Shown piece by piece: positions 19,538 through 28,758 of a stretch of 48,947 bases of DNA. A model generated the notes under the pieces. The model saw only the letters and a program-made list of their open reading frames with translations. It ran no database searches and was not told where the DNA came from. Positions within the stretch are counted from its first letter, which is position 1. The number at the start of each line of letters is the position of its first letter. The DNA comes from Flavobacteriaceae bacterium. Its GTDB lineage: Bacteria; Bacteroidota; Bacteroidia; Flavobacteriales; Flavobacteriaceae. The translations under genes and the position numbers were made by a program. The stretch covers positions 1 to 48,947 of the forward strand of contig JAMONB010000078.1 in assembly GCA_027066745.1 (NCBI GenBank), in the 5' to 3' direction.

Positions 19538-20041
19538 TTATTCTATTTTAATAAATGTATTATTTTTTATAAGGTAGGAATCTTCTTGATCTATATTCCA
19601 ACTTTTTTCTTGAAGTGTATTTAAACCTATGATAGAGAATTTTATTGAAAGCGTATCTTTATGTCTAAATAGTGTAATTTGCTTAAAAGTATTTTGAATA
19701 GCTGATTTTATAGGTAAATTGGGACATTTGTTGAGCTTGTAAACAGCTAACATATCATTAGAGAACCATTGTAAAAGCATGCTTAAATGTTGAGGGTCAC
19801 ATTCATTCTCTATTTTTAAGCCTTTTAGTAATTGGCACTTTATTTTTGTTGATGAATTGTCACATTCATTTCCGTAGGCATATAAATACCAAGACAATAA
19901 AGCTTTTTCTGGAACAGATATTTGATTTAAATAGGTGCTGTTTATTTTGTTGTTTTCTAAAACAACTTGGGTAAACTTACTATCTTTCTTTTTACAAGAA
20001 AAGAGTAGTGCACATAGAAAAAAGGTATAAATTATTTTCAT
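19538..20041 (-). CDS. Hypothetical lipoprotein
   Basis: Lipobox LFSC; four further Cys; in the nor accessory run. Confidence 0.65.
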   Translation of the reverse strand: MKIIYTFFLCALLFSCKKKDSKFTQVVLENNKINSTYLNQISVPEKALLSWYLYAYGNECDNSSTKIKCQLLKGLKIENECDPQHLSMLLQWFSNDMLAVYKLNKCPNLPIKSAIQNTFKQITLFRHKDTLSIKFSIIGLNTLQEKSWNIDQEDSYLIKNNTFIKIE

Positions 20042-20208
20042 TAGTCTTTACTGTTATCAACAATGAATAAAATGATAGAGATTGTAAAAGAAATTCCAGC
20101 AGCGATCAATACGTGTTTCATATAAGGCCAGTTTACAAAGCTACCAATGGAACCAATCATTGCAAGTTGTAGTCCGATGGCGAAGGCTATTTTCACTTTT
20201 TTTGTCAT
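20041..20208 (-). CDS. Small two-TM membrane protein (55 aa; missing from the ORF track)
   Basis: MTKKVKIAFAIGLQLAMIGSIGSFVNWPYMKHVLIAAGISFTISIILFIVDNSKD*; TAATG stop/start overlap with the next gene. Confidence 0.6.
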   Translation of the reverse strand: MTKKVKIAFAIGLQLAMIGSIGSFVNWPYMKHVLIAAGISFTISIILFIVDNSKD

Positions 20209-20291
20209 AAGTTCTTACTTTTATTCTACAAATGAATTATGAACTAAATTTTTTGAAATTTGTCATTTTAGTTTTTTGGAATTTTATACCA

Positions 20292-22061
20292 TTAAGATTT
20301 ATGTTTTATTCTATCATATAGTTTTGCTAAAGATTGTAACAGCTCAACTGGTGTTGTTAAAATTTCATAATGGTCAGTTCCAAACATTTGAGGTAAATAA
20401 TATTTAGCATTTGCTTCTATGGCTAAGGCATATGAATTGATATTCCGTTCATTTAATTCTCTTAACGCCTGTTTTACATCATTAATACCGTATTTACCTT
20501 CATATTTATCATAATCATTAGGTTTACCATCAGAAATTAAAATCACCCATTTGTTTTTTGTGTCACGTTTGTCTAACAAAGCCCCTGAATGTCTCAATGC
20601 TGTTCCAATTCTTGTGTATCCTTCAGGCTCAACGGCTCCAATTTTATATTTTGATTTATCCCAATCCTCATCAAAATCTTTTAGGCTTAAATAAGTAGAG
20701 TAGTTTCTTGTTTTTGAATAAAAAGTATTGATAGAAAAATCAACATTAAACTCATTTAAAATTTCTCCAAATAAGATAGAAACTTGTTTTTCAACATCAA
20801 TCACTCGATTGTTTGCAGCATAGCCATCGCTAGATAGACTCACATCGAGTAACATTAAAATAGAAAGGTCTTTCTCTTTTTTACGTTTAGATAAATAGAT
20901 GTTTTCTGAAGGCGTATGTCCAGATTGTACATCAATATACAAATCTGTTAGAGCATCTAAATCAAATTCCTCTCCTTGATTTTGCCTACGTTGTTGCTGA
21001 AATTTATTATTTACACTACTTAACATTTTACGTAAGCCTAGTAGGGTAGAAGCATTATCCTTTAACGTTTTTTTATAATATGAAAGGTTGTTTTCTTTTA
21101 GTGTTTTTGGGTATACTTTACAGAAATCTTCTTTGTATTGACGTTTACTATAATCCCATTCATCATAAGAAATATAATAGTTTTCTGTATTGATTGTTGT
21201 ACTTTCTGCTACGGTTGTATTCTCTACAAATTCTGCTTGATATACAGAATGTGATGTGTCGTCAACACGTACTGTATATTTCATATTTAATTCTTCTAGT
21301 GCTTTACTATGTTCGTCTAATTCATCGTCTCCATCAAAATCTCGCCAACCACCATCCCATTCCTCAGCGGTATCAATTTTTTCAAAATCATGTGTCATTA
21401 CATAATCTTCTTGTTGCTTTTGATCTATTTGTAGTGATACCATTTCTTCAACTGGATTTGCTTTTAAAATGGTTTGAATTTCATCTGCTACTGCTTTTTT
21501 AGCTTTTTCATTAAAATTTTTTAAAGATGGTTTGTCTGAGTCGGTTTCTGAACTGTTTAGCATCCATTTTCCATAAATAAAACTATAGTCGGCCAGAATT
21601 TTATCTGTAGATTTTGAATTGTAAAGATCTAGTAATTGTTGATGGATGTTATCTACTACAGGAAACTCTTCAATTAAAACACTTAAAATTTGTTTAGATA
21701 CTGTTAGTGCTTTTTCTTGAGATTCTTCTAGAGAATGTTCAATTTTACCTTGCCAGTTTAAATTTAATTTTTTTTGAATTGATAAGTACAATACCCGAAA
21801 CAGGTAAAAGGAAAGATTATCTTCATAAGTTGTGAATTCTGAGAATAGAGTAGGGAAGAAGAAGTTATTGTTTTTATAGCCACCTTCTCGTTTTGCAGGA
21901 TAAATATCAATTGATTGCCCTGTAATTGCTCTTGCTAAAATACTGAGACGTGGTTTTATATCAACTAGTTTTACTGTTTTTGAATCAGCTTCAAGTGTCT
22001 CTTGCTTTCTTTTTGTAAAGAAGCTTGCTATTTTACCATATATGTATTCGTCTAAAGCCAT
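20292..22061 (-). CDS. norD: Nitric oxide reductase activation protein NorD (vWA domain)
   Basis: YDEWDY, LLDVSLS MIDAS, YTRIGTALRH, ISDGKPND. Confidence 0.9.
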   Translation of the reverse strand: MALDEYIYGKIASFFTKRKQETLEADSKTVKLVDIKPRLSILARAITGQSIDIYPAKREGGYKNNNFFFPTLFSEFTTYEDNLSFYLFRVLYLSIQKKLNLNWQGKIEHSLEESQEKALTVSKQILSVLIEEFPVVDNIHQQLLDLYNSKSTDKILADYSFIYGKWMLNSSETDSDKPSLKNFNEKAKKAVADEIQTILKANPVEEMVSLQIDQKQQEDYVMTHDFEKIDTAEEWDGGWRDFDGDDELDEHSKALEELNMKYTVRVDDTSHSVYQAEFVENTTVAESTTINTENYYISYDEWDYSKRQYKEDFCKVYPKTLKENNLSYYKKTLKDNASTLLGLRKMLSSVNNKFQQQRRQNQGEEFDLDALTDLYIDVQSGHTPSENIYLSKRKKEKDLSILMLLDVSLSSDGYAANNRVIDVEKQVSILFGEILNEFNVDFSINTFYSKTRNYSTYLSLKDFDEDWDKSKYKIGAVEPEGYTRIGTALRHSGALLDKRDTKNKWVILISDGKPNDYDKYEGKYGINDVKQALRELNERNINSYALAIEANAKYYLPQMFGTDHYEILTTPVELLQSLAKLYDRIKHKS

Positions 22062-22102
22062 TTTCTCATTCTAACCTTCTAAAGGGGAGGAACTTATTGA
22101 GT

Positions 22103-22879
22103 TTATATCATTAAATTACATAAATCACGTAAAGCCTCTATAATTTCTAAATCATCAGTTAAGGGTTCTACTATAGCAACTTCAACTGATAAGCGTTTAG
22201 GTAAACCACTATGAATTAATTTTGCGGCATCTACCAACAAACGTGTAGAAACTGTTTCTGTTAACCCTAATTCTGTTAGGTTTCTAATTTTTACAGCAAT
22301 ATTGACTAATTTTTTAGCAATACCAATTTCAATTTCTGTTTCATTAACTAAAATTTCTGTTTCAATTTTTTCATTAGGATAGTCAAATGTCATTGCTACA
22401 AAACGTTGTCTAGTTGATGGTTTTAATTCTTTAAACCCACGTTGATATCCAGGATTGAAAGAGGCAACCAGCATAAAGTCTTTATGTGCTTTTACTGTTT
22501 CTCCTAATTTATCAATATATAATTCTCGTCTATGATCTGTTAAAGAATGGATTGCAACAATCACATCAGGTCTAGCCTCAGCAATTTCATCTAAATAGAT
22601 GATTGCTCCTTCTTTAACAGCTGTAGTTAAGGGACCGTCTAGCCATATTGCTTCAGAGCCTTTAATAATAAACCGACCAATCAAATCAGTTGAAGAGGTT
22701 TCTTCATGGCATGAAATAGTGATTATTTTCTTGTTTAGTTTATGAGCCATGTGCTCAATAAATCTAGATTTTCCAGTACCTGTTGGACCTTTTATTAAAA
22801 ATGGAATTTTATTGGTATAAGAATGTTCGAAAACTTCAATTTCTTTTCCTATTTGATGATAATAAGGTGCTTGAATCAT
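22103..22879 (-). CDS. norQ: NorQ AAA+ ATPase (CbbQ/NirQ/NorQ family)
   Basis: GPTGTGKS, YLDEIAEAR, SFNPGYQ, LKPSTRQRF, STRLL; ATG 22879 lies downstream of a TATCTTTG -7 element (22897-22904). Confidence 0.92.
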   Translation of the reverse strand: MIQAPYYHQIGKEIEVFEHSYTNKIPFLIKGPTGTGKSRFIEHMAHKLNKKIITISCHEETSSTDLIGRFIIKGSEAIWLDGPLTTAVKEGAIIYLDEIAEARPDVIVAIHSLTDHRRELYIDKLGETVKAHKDFMLVASFNPGYQRGFKELKPSTRQRFVAMTFDYPNEKIETEILVNETEIEIGIAKKLVNIAVKIRNLTELGLTETVSTRLLVDAAKLIHSGLPKRLSVEVAIVEPLTDDLEIIEALRDLCNLMI

Positions 22880-22919
22880 TAGCTTAATATTTGTTACAAA
22901 GATAAGTAAAACTGAGGTC

Positions 22920-22963
22920 TTATTCACTATAAAAAGATAAATTTATCTTTTTATAGTGAATAA
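22920..22963. promoter_or_regulatory. Perfect 44-bp palindrome containing an AAAAGA-N8-TCTTTT operator (22932-22951) upstream of norQ
   Basis: TTATTCACTATAAAAAGATAAA|TTTATCTTTTTATAGTGAATAA. Confidence 0.8.
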
Positions 22964-22965
22964 AG

Positions 22966-23007
22966 AAAATGCCAGAGAAAAGATGAAAAATTCTTTAAGC
23001 TCTGGCA
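22966..23007 (-). terminator. Probable terminator after the nirS-TBDR-porin run
   Basis: TGCCAGAG/CTCTGGCA stem followed by TTTT on the minus strand. Confidence 0.55.
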
Positions 23008-23027
23008 ATAATCAAACTAAAATAATT

Positions 23028-24293
23028 TTATTTTGAAGAAGGCGTATAAGAAAATAATTTTGGTTTAAAGGTGAACATAATCCAGCCCCAACTATTATTC
23101 TCATCTTTATCACCATTTTTTAAAACCTCCATAGTATCAGTAGCAAACATCGTAGAGTAGCCAGCACTTAAAGTAATATCTTTTGCAATTTTATAACCTA
23201 AATTCAGATCAATTTCAGTTCCTAAATTGGCACCCATTTTTGTTCCGATATTATTGTAAACCTTAGCAGGAGCAGAGAAAAAATGAGGAATTAATTTTGC
23301 TGAAAATTTATCTTTTTTATAGGCTAACATAAAATTGAGATCAGTTAAGCCGACAGAGCCACCGTGGTTTCCTACATAGAAATAATCCATCCAACCATTA
23401 AATTTATGATTGGTACCAAAAAGAGGGGCAAACGAATTTACATCACTAGAAACATCATTCATATCTTTGCCAGAGAGGTATTCAAAACCCAATCCTGCAG
23501 AAAAATTATCAGATATTTTATAAGCAGCATTTCCTGCAAAATAAGTAGCACTTACATCTTTATCTAAAGAAGACCCTGTTTGAAAATAAGCAGCAGTGTT
23601 AGCACTAAATTTTCCTGATTTATAGGTTAGTCTAGGTCCAATAGTTTGCATATAATCAACAGTTTGGTTACCAGAATTAATATATTCAACACCTGTGTTT
23701 AAAAGTAAAAAACTCAAACCTAATTTGTTAAAATCACCATGATACCAAGCGTATTGAAATGATTTATACCCTGCGGCATTACTATATAAATTATCTGTAC
23801 CAGATTGAGAGTCTGCGTTTAAAGCTAAACCTACGTCTAATTTATTGTTTTTATTAAATAGATGTTTAACGATAACAGCATCATGGCTTCTGGCTTGTTG
23901 AGCCCAACCTACATTACCAAATATTCTATGATCATCATAGACAATTTCTTGACGCCCCAATTTTACTGAAACTTTGTCTGTTAGTTTTACAGTAGCCCAA
24001 GCTTCATGTAAAGCGGTAGCATTGTCATCACTGGCTAAAGTACTTACATCACCCCAAACTCTAACATTTTGCATAGAAACATAGAGTTTTAATTTATTAT
24101 TTTCATAGCCAAAATTTAGTCGAGTACGTTGCGATACAAAATTAGAGCCATCAGCATCTGTTGGGATTAATGTTTTATAGCCATGTTTGTTTTCATAACG
24201 TGGTCTAATTTCGGCAGACAGATCAAATTGTTGTGCTGTTATGCTTGTTACCATAAGAGTAACTAAAGCTGTTAAATAAATTATTTTTTTCAT
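23028..24293 (-). CDS. Alginate-export (AlgE-like) family outer-membrane beta-barrel
   Basis: Signal peptide, EIRPRYE, SQRTRL, GRQEIVYDDHRIFGNVGWAQQARSHDA, GTNHKFNGWMDYF. Confidence 0.8.
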   Translation of the reverse strand: MKKIIYLTALVTLMVTSITAQQFDLSAEIRPRYENKHGYKTLIPTDADGSNFVSQRTRLNFGYENNKLKLYVSMQNVRVWGDVSTLASDDNATALHEAWATVKLTDKVSVKLGRQEIVYDDHRIFGNVGWAQQARSHDAVIVKHLFNKNNKLDVGLALNADSQSGTDNLYSNAAGYKSFQYAWYHGDFNKLGLSFLLLNTGVEYINSGNQTVDYMQTIGPRLTYKSGKFSANTAAYFQTGSSLDKDVSATYFAGNAAYKISDNFSAGLGFEYLSGKDMNDVSSDVNSFAPLFGTNHKFNGWMDYFYVGNHGGSVGLTDLNFMLAYKKDKFSAKLIPHFFSAPAKVYNNIGTKMGANLGTEIDLNLGYKIAKDITLSAGYSTMFATDTMEVLKNGDKDENNSWGWIMFTFKPKLFSYTPSSK

Positions 24294-24314
24294 TGTTTTT
24301 GCTATTTATAATTG

Positions 24315-26318
24315 TTAAAAATTAAATGTTGTTTTTATAAAATATGATTTCCCCCATAGTTGTATATTTCTTTCATGAGCAACACCAATCTGATTTACAT
24401 TATTAATATCTGTAATATCAAAAATATTTTTTGCTCCAATAGAAAGAGCTATTCTATTTTTATAAAATGATTTCTGTAATGAAATATCTAAATTGTTAAA
24501 ACTTTCTCTACTAGTCTTTTTTAGGATGTCTATACTGTTTTCTTTTTCAATATAATGTCCATCTCTTTTACCGGTATATTTGTAAAAAAGATTAAAGTTT
24601 ACTCCATATGGTTTGTAAGAATACACAATAGATCCAGTAGCAGAAGGTGTAAACATAAATTTATCAGAATTGAATTCAGAGGTGTATTCTAGATATCTTC
24701 CTAAATAGGAGAGTCCTAAGTTACATTGCAAATCTTCAAAAATTTTGTACTTGACTTGTACACCATAATTTTGAGATTTCATTTTATTTAAATTGATATA
24801 ATGTCTTTCAAAATTCACCAATTCACTTAAGCCGATTAAATCTTTTATTTCTGTATAACTAAAAGAAGGTTCTATGGAAATAAAACTGTTATTAGAAAGT
24901 GTTTTTGTGAATGAATAGTAAAAATTGAGACTATGTGATGCTTCAAGTTTTAAATCTTTATTTCCTGAAAAAGTGTAGGTAACCGGACCAAAAGTTGGTG
25001 TCCAATCTAGATACAATTCTTTGATGCTTGGAGCCCTATAACCATTACCATAAGCAAATCGTATGGCATTGTTATTATTAATTTTATATTTTAAATTCAA
25101 TGCTGGTGACCATAAACTTTTAAAAGTACTATTGTAGGTATATCTTAAAGCTGGTTGGACTTCTAATCTATCGGTTAACTTATAATTGATACTAGAAAAA
25201 ACTGACGTGTTTTGAATATGTTGTTTCTCATTTAAAATTCTATTTCCTTTGCCATAATCTAATTCGTATTCAAGACCAATAAGAAAATTAATCTTATTTT
25301 CAGGATTACTATCTGCATATTGTCCTTTAAGAAAGAAAGTGTCAAAGTAGTTACCATTTTCATTAGGATTATTTTCTATTAGTGTACTTGAATTTGTAGT
25401 TGGTTTAAATTTATAAGAAGTGTCAAACCTGTCATAATTTAAATAGGAAGCTGTAAAGTCTAAATATTGATTGTTTTTTAGTTTACCTTGAAGGTTAATA
25501 CTATTGTCAAACCTACGTGTAGTATAATCAACATCTGTTGCTTTTTTTCGTTTTACCTCACCTAAAGTTTTTACAAGTTCTTCTGAGAAATTATTTGAAT
25601 AATGCAGTCTAAAATTACCAATATTTCTAATGAATTTAAAACGATGATTGTACTGTCTCTTAGTTGGCCAATTTAAAGATCTTGTATTGTTATTATCAGT
25701 ATTTAAACCATTGAAATAATAATACCCACCACCAAATTTCAATATGCTTTTCCCTATTTTAATGCCTAAATGAGCATTAACATCTTTTACTTCTGTAGTT
25801 TCATAATACCCAGACAAACCTCCTGTAATTACTTTTTTTTGTTTTTTTTTAGTGATTAAATTGATAGTGCCTCCCATAGCATTTGTACCATAAAATACAG
25901 AAACTGGACCTTCAATGACTTCAATTCTTTCAATATCTTCTAAGTTAATTTGATTTAAGTTTAGCACACCGTTTACTCTTCCAATTAAAGGTACACCATC
26001 AATGAGAATTTTTACATTTTCTTTTGACACACCATTCAATTCTATACCAGCTCCAAAAACTGGATTAAAAGAAAAGTCCATATTTAGTTCTTGTCGTAAC
26101 AAGTCAGTTAAATTTGTAGCAGCCTTTGCTATTATTGTTTTAGCATTGATTATTTTAACTTTATAAATTGCATTCTTTTCGCTTGTTGGTGTAAACTGAG
26201 CGGTAACTACAACTTCATCTAATTGTTCTGTTTTGGTTGTATCCTTTTTTTGTTCTTGAGCTGATAACAGATTAAAACAAAGCAACAATAGTCCTAAGGA
26301 TATTAATAATTCCTTCAT
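24315..26318 (-). CDS. TonB-dependent receptor, heme/cobalamin receptor-like
   Basis: LDEVVVTA TonB box, IERIEVIEGPVSVFYG..AMGG.INLIT plug, YRAP...GNKDL (FRAP/NPNL-like), terminal Phe. Confidence 0.88.
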   Translation of the reverse strand: MKELLISLGLLLLCFNLLSAQEQKKDTTKTEQLDEVVVTAQFTPTSEKNAIYKVKIINAKTIIAKAATNLTDLLRQELNMDFSFNPVFGAGIELNGVSKENVKILIDGVPLIGRVNGVLNLNQINLEDIERIEVIEGPVSVFYGTNAMGGTINLITKKKQKKVITGGLSGYYETTEVKDVNAHLGIKIGKSILKFGGGYYYFNGLNTDNNNTRSLNWPTKRQYNHRFKFIRNIGNFRLHYSNNFSEELVKTLGEVKRKKATDVDYTTRRFDNSINLQGKLKNNQYLDFTASYLNYDRFDTSYKFKPTTNSSTLIENNPNENGNYFDTFFLKGQYADSNPENKINFLIGLEYELDYGKGNRILNEKQHIQNTSVFSSINYKLTDRLEVQPALRYTYNSTFKSLWSPALNLKYKINNNNAIRFAYGNGYRAPSIKELYLDWTPTFGPVTYTFSGNKDLKLEASHSLNFYYSFTKTLSNNSFISIEPSFSYTEIKDLIGLSELVNFERHYINLNKMKSQNYGVQVKYKIFEDLQCNLGLSYLGRYLEYTSEFNSDKFMFTPSATGSIVYSYKPYGVNFNLFYKYTGKRDGHYIEKENSIDILKKTSRESFNNLDISLQKSFYKNRIALSIGAKNIFDITDINNVNQIGVAHERNIQLWGKSYFIKTTFNF

Positions 26319-26336
26319 TATTTTAGTTTAAAGAAT

Positions 26337-26369
26337 AATCAATCGGTAGTTTTTAACTACCGATTGATT
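26337..26369. other. Perfect 15-bp hairpin between nirS and the TBDR gene
   Basis: AATCAATCGGTAGTT-ttt-AACTACCGATTGATT; weak U tail on the minus strand. Confidence 0.75.
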
Positions 26370-26386
26370 TAGTTTGATTATTTAGA

Positions 26387-28039
26387 TTAATAAATATCGT
26401 GTGTAGTATTATAAACGTTAAATTTTCCTGTTGGGTTTTGTACCCAATCTCCTTGAATGGTTTGTTTTAATTTTAAGGTTTTATCATTATAAATTAAGAT
26501 TGCAGCTTCTTTACCCATAAAAACGGAAATCCAAACTTCATTTCCTGCTTTGTTGTATTCCATATGAACCATTCTGCCATCAACACCTTCTGGCATTGTG
26601 ATTGTCTTTTTAAGTTCCATAGTTTGTGTGTCAAAAACATCAACACTAGAATTCAATTTTGCATCAGGGTTTAAAGTTCTATCAACCCATAGATGTTTAG
26701 ATCTTGGATGTGACTTTACAAATAGTGCACCACCACCATTACCAGAAGCTTTGAGTTCTTTTACAACGGTCCATTGTCCTTCACCAGGATTGGTTTTAAT
26801 GAGTGATAATTTATTTTCACCTAAGTGAGAAGTTACCCAAAGATTCCCTAATTTATTTTTGATATTTGTTCCCCTTCCAGGATGTGGCTTGATACCCGTT
26901 TCAATAATTTTAACCAATTTTTTATTGGGAACGTCAATTACAACAATTTTATTACTTGCATTTGCCGCAACTAAGAAATAATGCCCAGTTGAATCAAAAC
27001 CGCCATCATGTAAAAATCTTGCAGAAGGAATTTGAGTCATTCCAGGTTTTTTAGGATCTGTATAATCAACAATCCATACCATACCAGTTTCTTTTACATT
27101 ACAAATCCAAACAGGATCTGTATGAGAAGCTACGATGGAAGCAACACGAGCTTCTTCTATAAACTCTTTATCACCATCACAAGCATTTCCAGCAGTTGGT
27201 GTAACACTTATTGGTTTCAATGTTTGAGCATCTAAAATAGCAATATGACTTGGGCTATACCCTCCAAACACTAAATATTTATCTTCAAAGCCTTTATATT
27301 TTGATACTTCTACTGATCGAGAATCAAAACCACCTTTAACTTCCGCAACGATAGTTGGTACTTTTGTATAGGTATCAATCATTGTAATTTTTCCATCTCT
27401 ACCTACAGAGTATATATATCTTCCAGAAGCAGAAGTTCTTAAAATATGAACTGCAAATCCAGTAGGGAGCACTACTAATTTTTCTTTAGTATCACCATCA
27501 ATAATTGCAACTTTTCCTGCATCTCTCATAATGACACCAAAGTAGTTGTCAATATTTCTACTATGTTCAGGTTTGGTAGGTCGGTCAGCAACAGGAATAA
27601 GCAATTTCCAAGAATCGGTCATTTCTTTAAGACCATATGCAGGAACTACAGGAGGGTCAACTTGTAAGAAACGAGTCAATAATTCAATTTCTTCCTCTTT
27701 TAATATTCCTTTCCATTCTGGCATTCCACCTGGTGTACCATTTTCAATAAATGCTCTAATTCCACCAACACCTAAAGCTTTTGTTGCTGCAGCTTTACCA
27801 TCACCATCAGGTAATAGTGAAGGTCCTGTTGCTCCTTTACGTGAAGAACCATGGCAACCAGCACATCTGTCAAAGTATATCGCTGCACCTTTTTCCATCT
27901 CAGCATCGGTTATACTAATTTCATTAGAAGCAGTTTCTTCACCTTTTTTCTCATCTTTTACTTCTGTTTTTTTTTCATTTTTACAACTAAAAGCTAATGT
28001 TACAAACAAAAGAATTAGTATTAAATTCAGTTTTTTCAT
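26387..28039 (-). CDS. nirS: Cytochrome cd1 nitrite reductase, lipoprotein form
   Basis: CAGCH...GATG, GGMPEW, AVHILR (d1 ligand His), FLHDGG and PHPGRG catalytic His, PTGKFNV; lipobox AFSC. Confidence 0.92.
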   Translation of the reverse strand: MKKLNLILILLFVTLAFSCKNEKKTEVKDEKKGEETASNEISITDAEMEKGAAIYFDRCAGCHGSSRKGATGPSLLPDGDGKAAATKALGVGGIRAFIENGTPGGMPEWKGILKEEEIELLTRFLQVDPPVVPAYGLKEMTDSWKLLIPVADRPTKPEHSRNIDNYFGVIMRDAGKVAIIDGDTKEKLVVLPTGFAVHILRTSASGRYIYSVGRDGKITMIDTYTKVPTIVAEVKGGFDSRSVEVSKYKGFEDKYLVFGGYSPSHIAILDAQTLKPISVTPTAGNACDGDKEFIEEARVASIVASHTDPVWICNVKETGMVWIVDYTDPKKPGMTQIPSARFLHDGGFDSTGHYFLVAANASNKIVVIDVPNKKLVKIIETGIKPHPGRGTNIKNKLGNLWVTSHLGENKLSLIKTNPGEGQWTVVKELKASGNGGGALFVKSHPRSKHLWVDRTLNPDAKLNSSVDVFDTQTMELKKTITMPEGVDGRMVHMEYNKAGNEVWISVFMGKEAAILIYNDKTLKLKQTIQGDWVQNPTGKFNVYNTTHDIY

Positions 28040-28106
28040 TTTTTTAAGATTTAAGTATTGATTTTAGTTTTAACAGCATAAGTATGTTGCTAATTTTTAT
28101 GAGTAA

Positions 28107-28171
28107 CAAAAGTAACATAGATTGTGTTGAATAAATATGATTTATGTCATAAAAAGACAATCTTATCTTTT
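28107..28171 (-). promoter_or_regulatory. nirS promoter: -7 element, Fnr-type box and adjacent AAAAGA-N8-TCTTTT operator
   Basis: CAAAAGTA 28107-28114; ATGATTTATGTCAT 28137-28150 (22-nt gap); AAAAGACAATCTTATCTTTT 28152-28171. Confidence 0.82.
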
Positions 28172-28264
28172 TATAATGAAATATATAAAAGAATCAATAG
28201 GTAGGGTAAGGATAGTTAGTTTAGTTATATATTTAGAACATGTAAAATAATTTTCAATAAAAAT

Positions 28265-28490
28265 TTATCCTACTAGGTTATAAAATGCCTTCAAGCAGCT
28301 ATTTTGACGGAAGAAGCTCTCGTGGTTTTAGGTTGGCATTTCTTTGGGAGAGGTCGGAACTGATTTTCGAAGTTCCAAGTGAGGTAAATTACAAATTTAG
28401 ATTTTTGGATCTTAGACCAAAGCGTGTATTTAGATTGACTAGGTATGAAACTAGTGAAACACCTTTAGGGCTCTGCCTCTGGGGTAGTTG
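28265..28490. repeat. Putative dispersed repeat or non-autonomous mobile-element remnant
   Basis: Visibly more GC-rich than its flanks; ends in an imperfect palindrome CCTTTAGGGCTCTGCCTCTGGGGTAG; no transposase present. Confidence 0.4.
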
Positions 28491-28685
28491 GTTTTAAGAT
28501 TTTTTTATTTCATAATAATTTAACCCAAAGATAGCTCATACCAATTTAAAATATAAGAGATTATACTTTGCTGATTAACAATCGTAATATGAACGTCGTT
28601 TAAGCGTATAACTCTATAAAAAGGTTTACACCTTACAATTAAAGTTGTATTTACATTTTGTACGCTAGTGTCTATGAAGTTTATT

Positions 28686-28732
28686 AAAAAAACCAAAGTC
28701 ATCAAAGTAAAAGAACTTTAATGACTTTGGTT
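28686..28732 (-). terminator. norCB terminator
   Basis: AACCAAAGTCAT/ATGACTTTGGTT 12-bp stem followed by a T run on the minus strand. Confidence 0.75.
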
Positions 28733-28758
28733 AATAAATACAGTTTCTTTTAGTGCTA

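Noticed and set aside
26387-28039. Alternative call as NirN or NirF (d1 biosynthesis paralogs)
   Set aside because: It has the NirS-type FLHDGG and PHPGRG histidines, the c-heme domain and the GKFNV C-terminus
28285-28705. ORFs 28285-28497 (+) and 28520-28705 (-) as genes
   Set aside because: The first lies in the repeat-like block; the second starts inside the norCB terminator. Neither has recognisable motifs.
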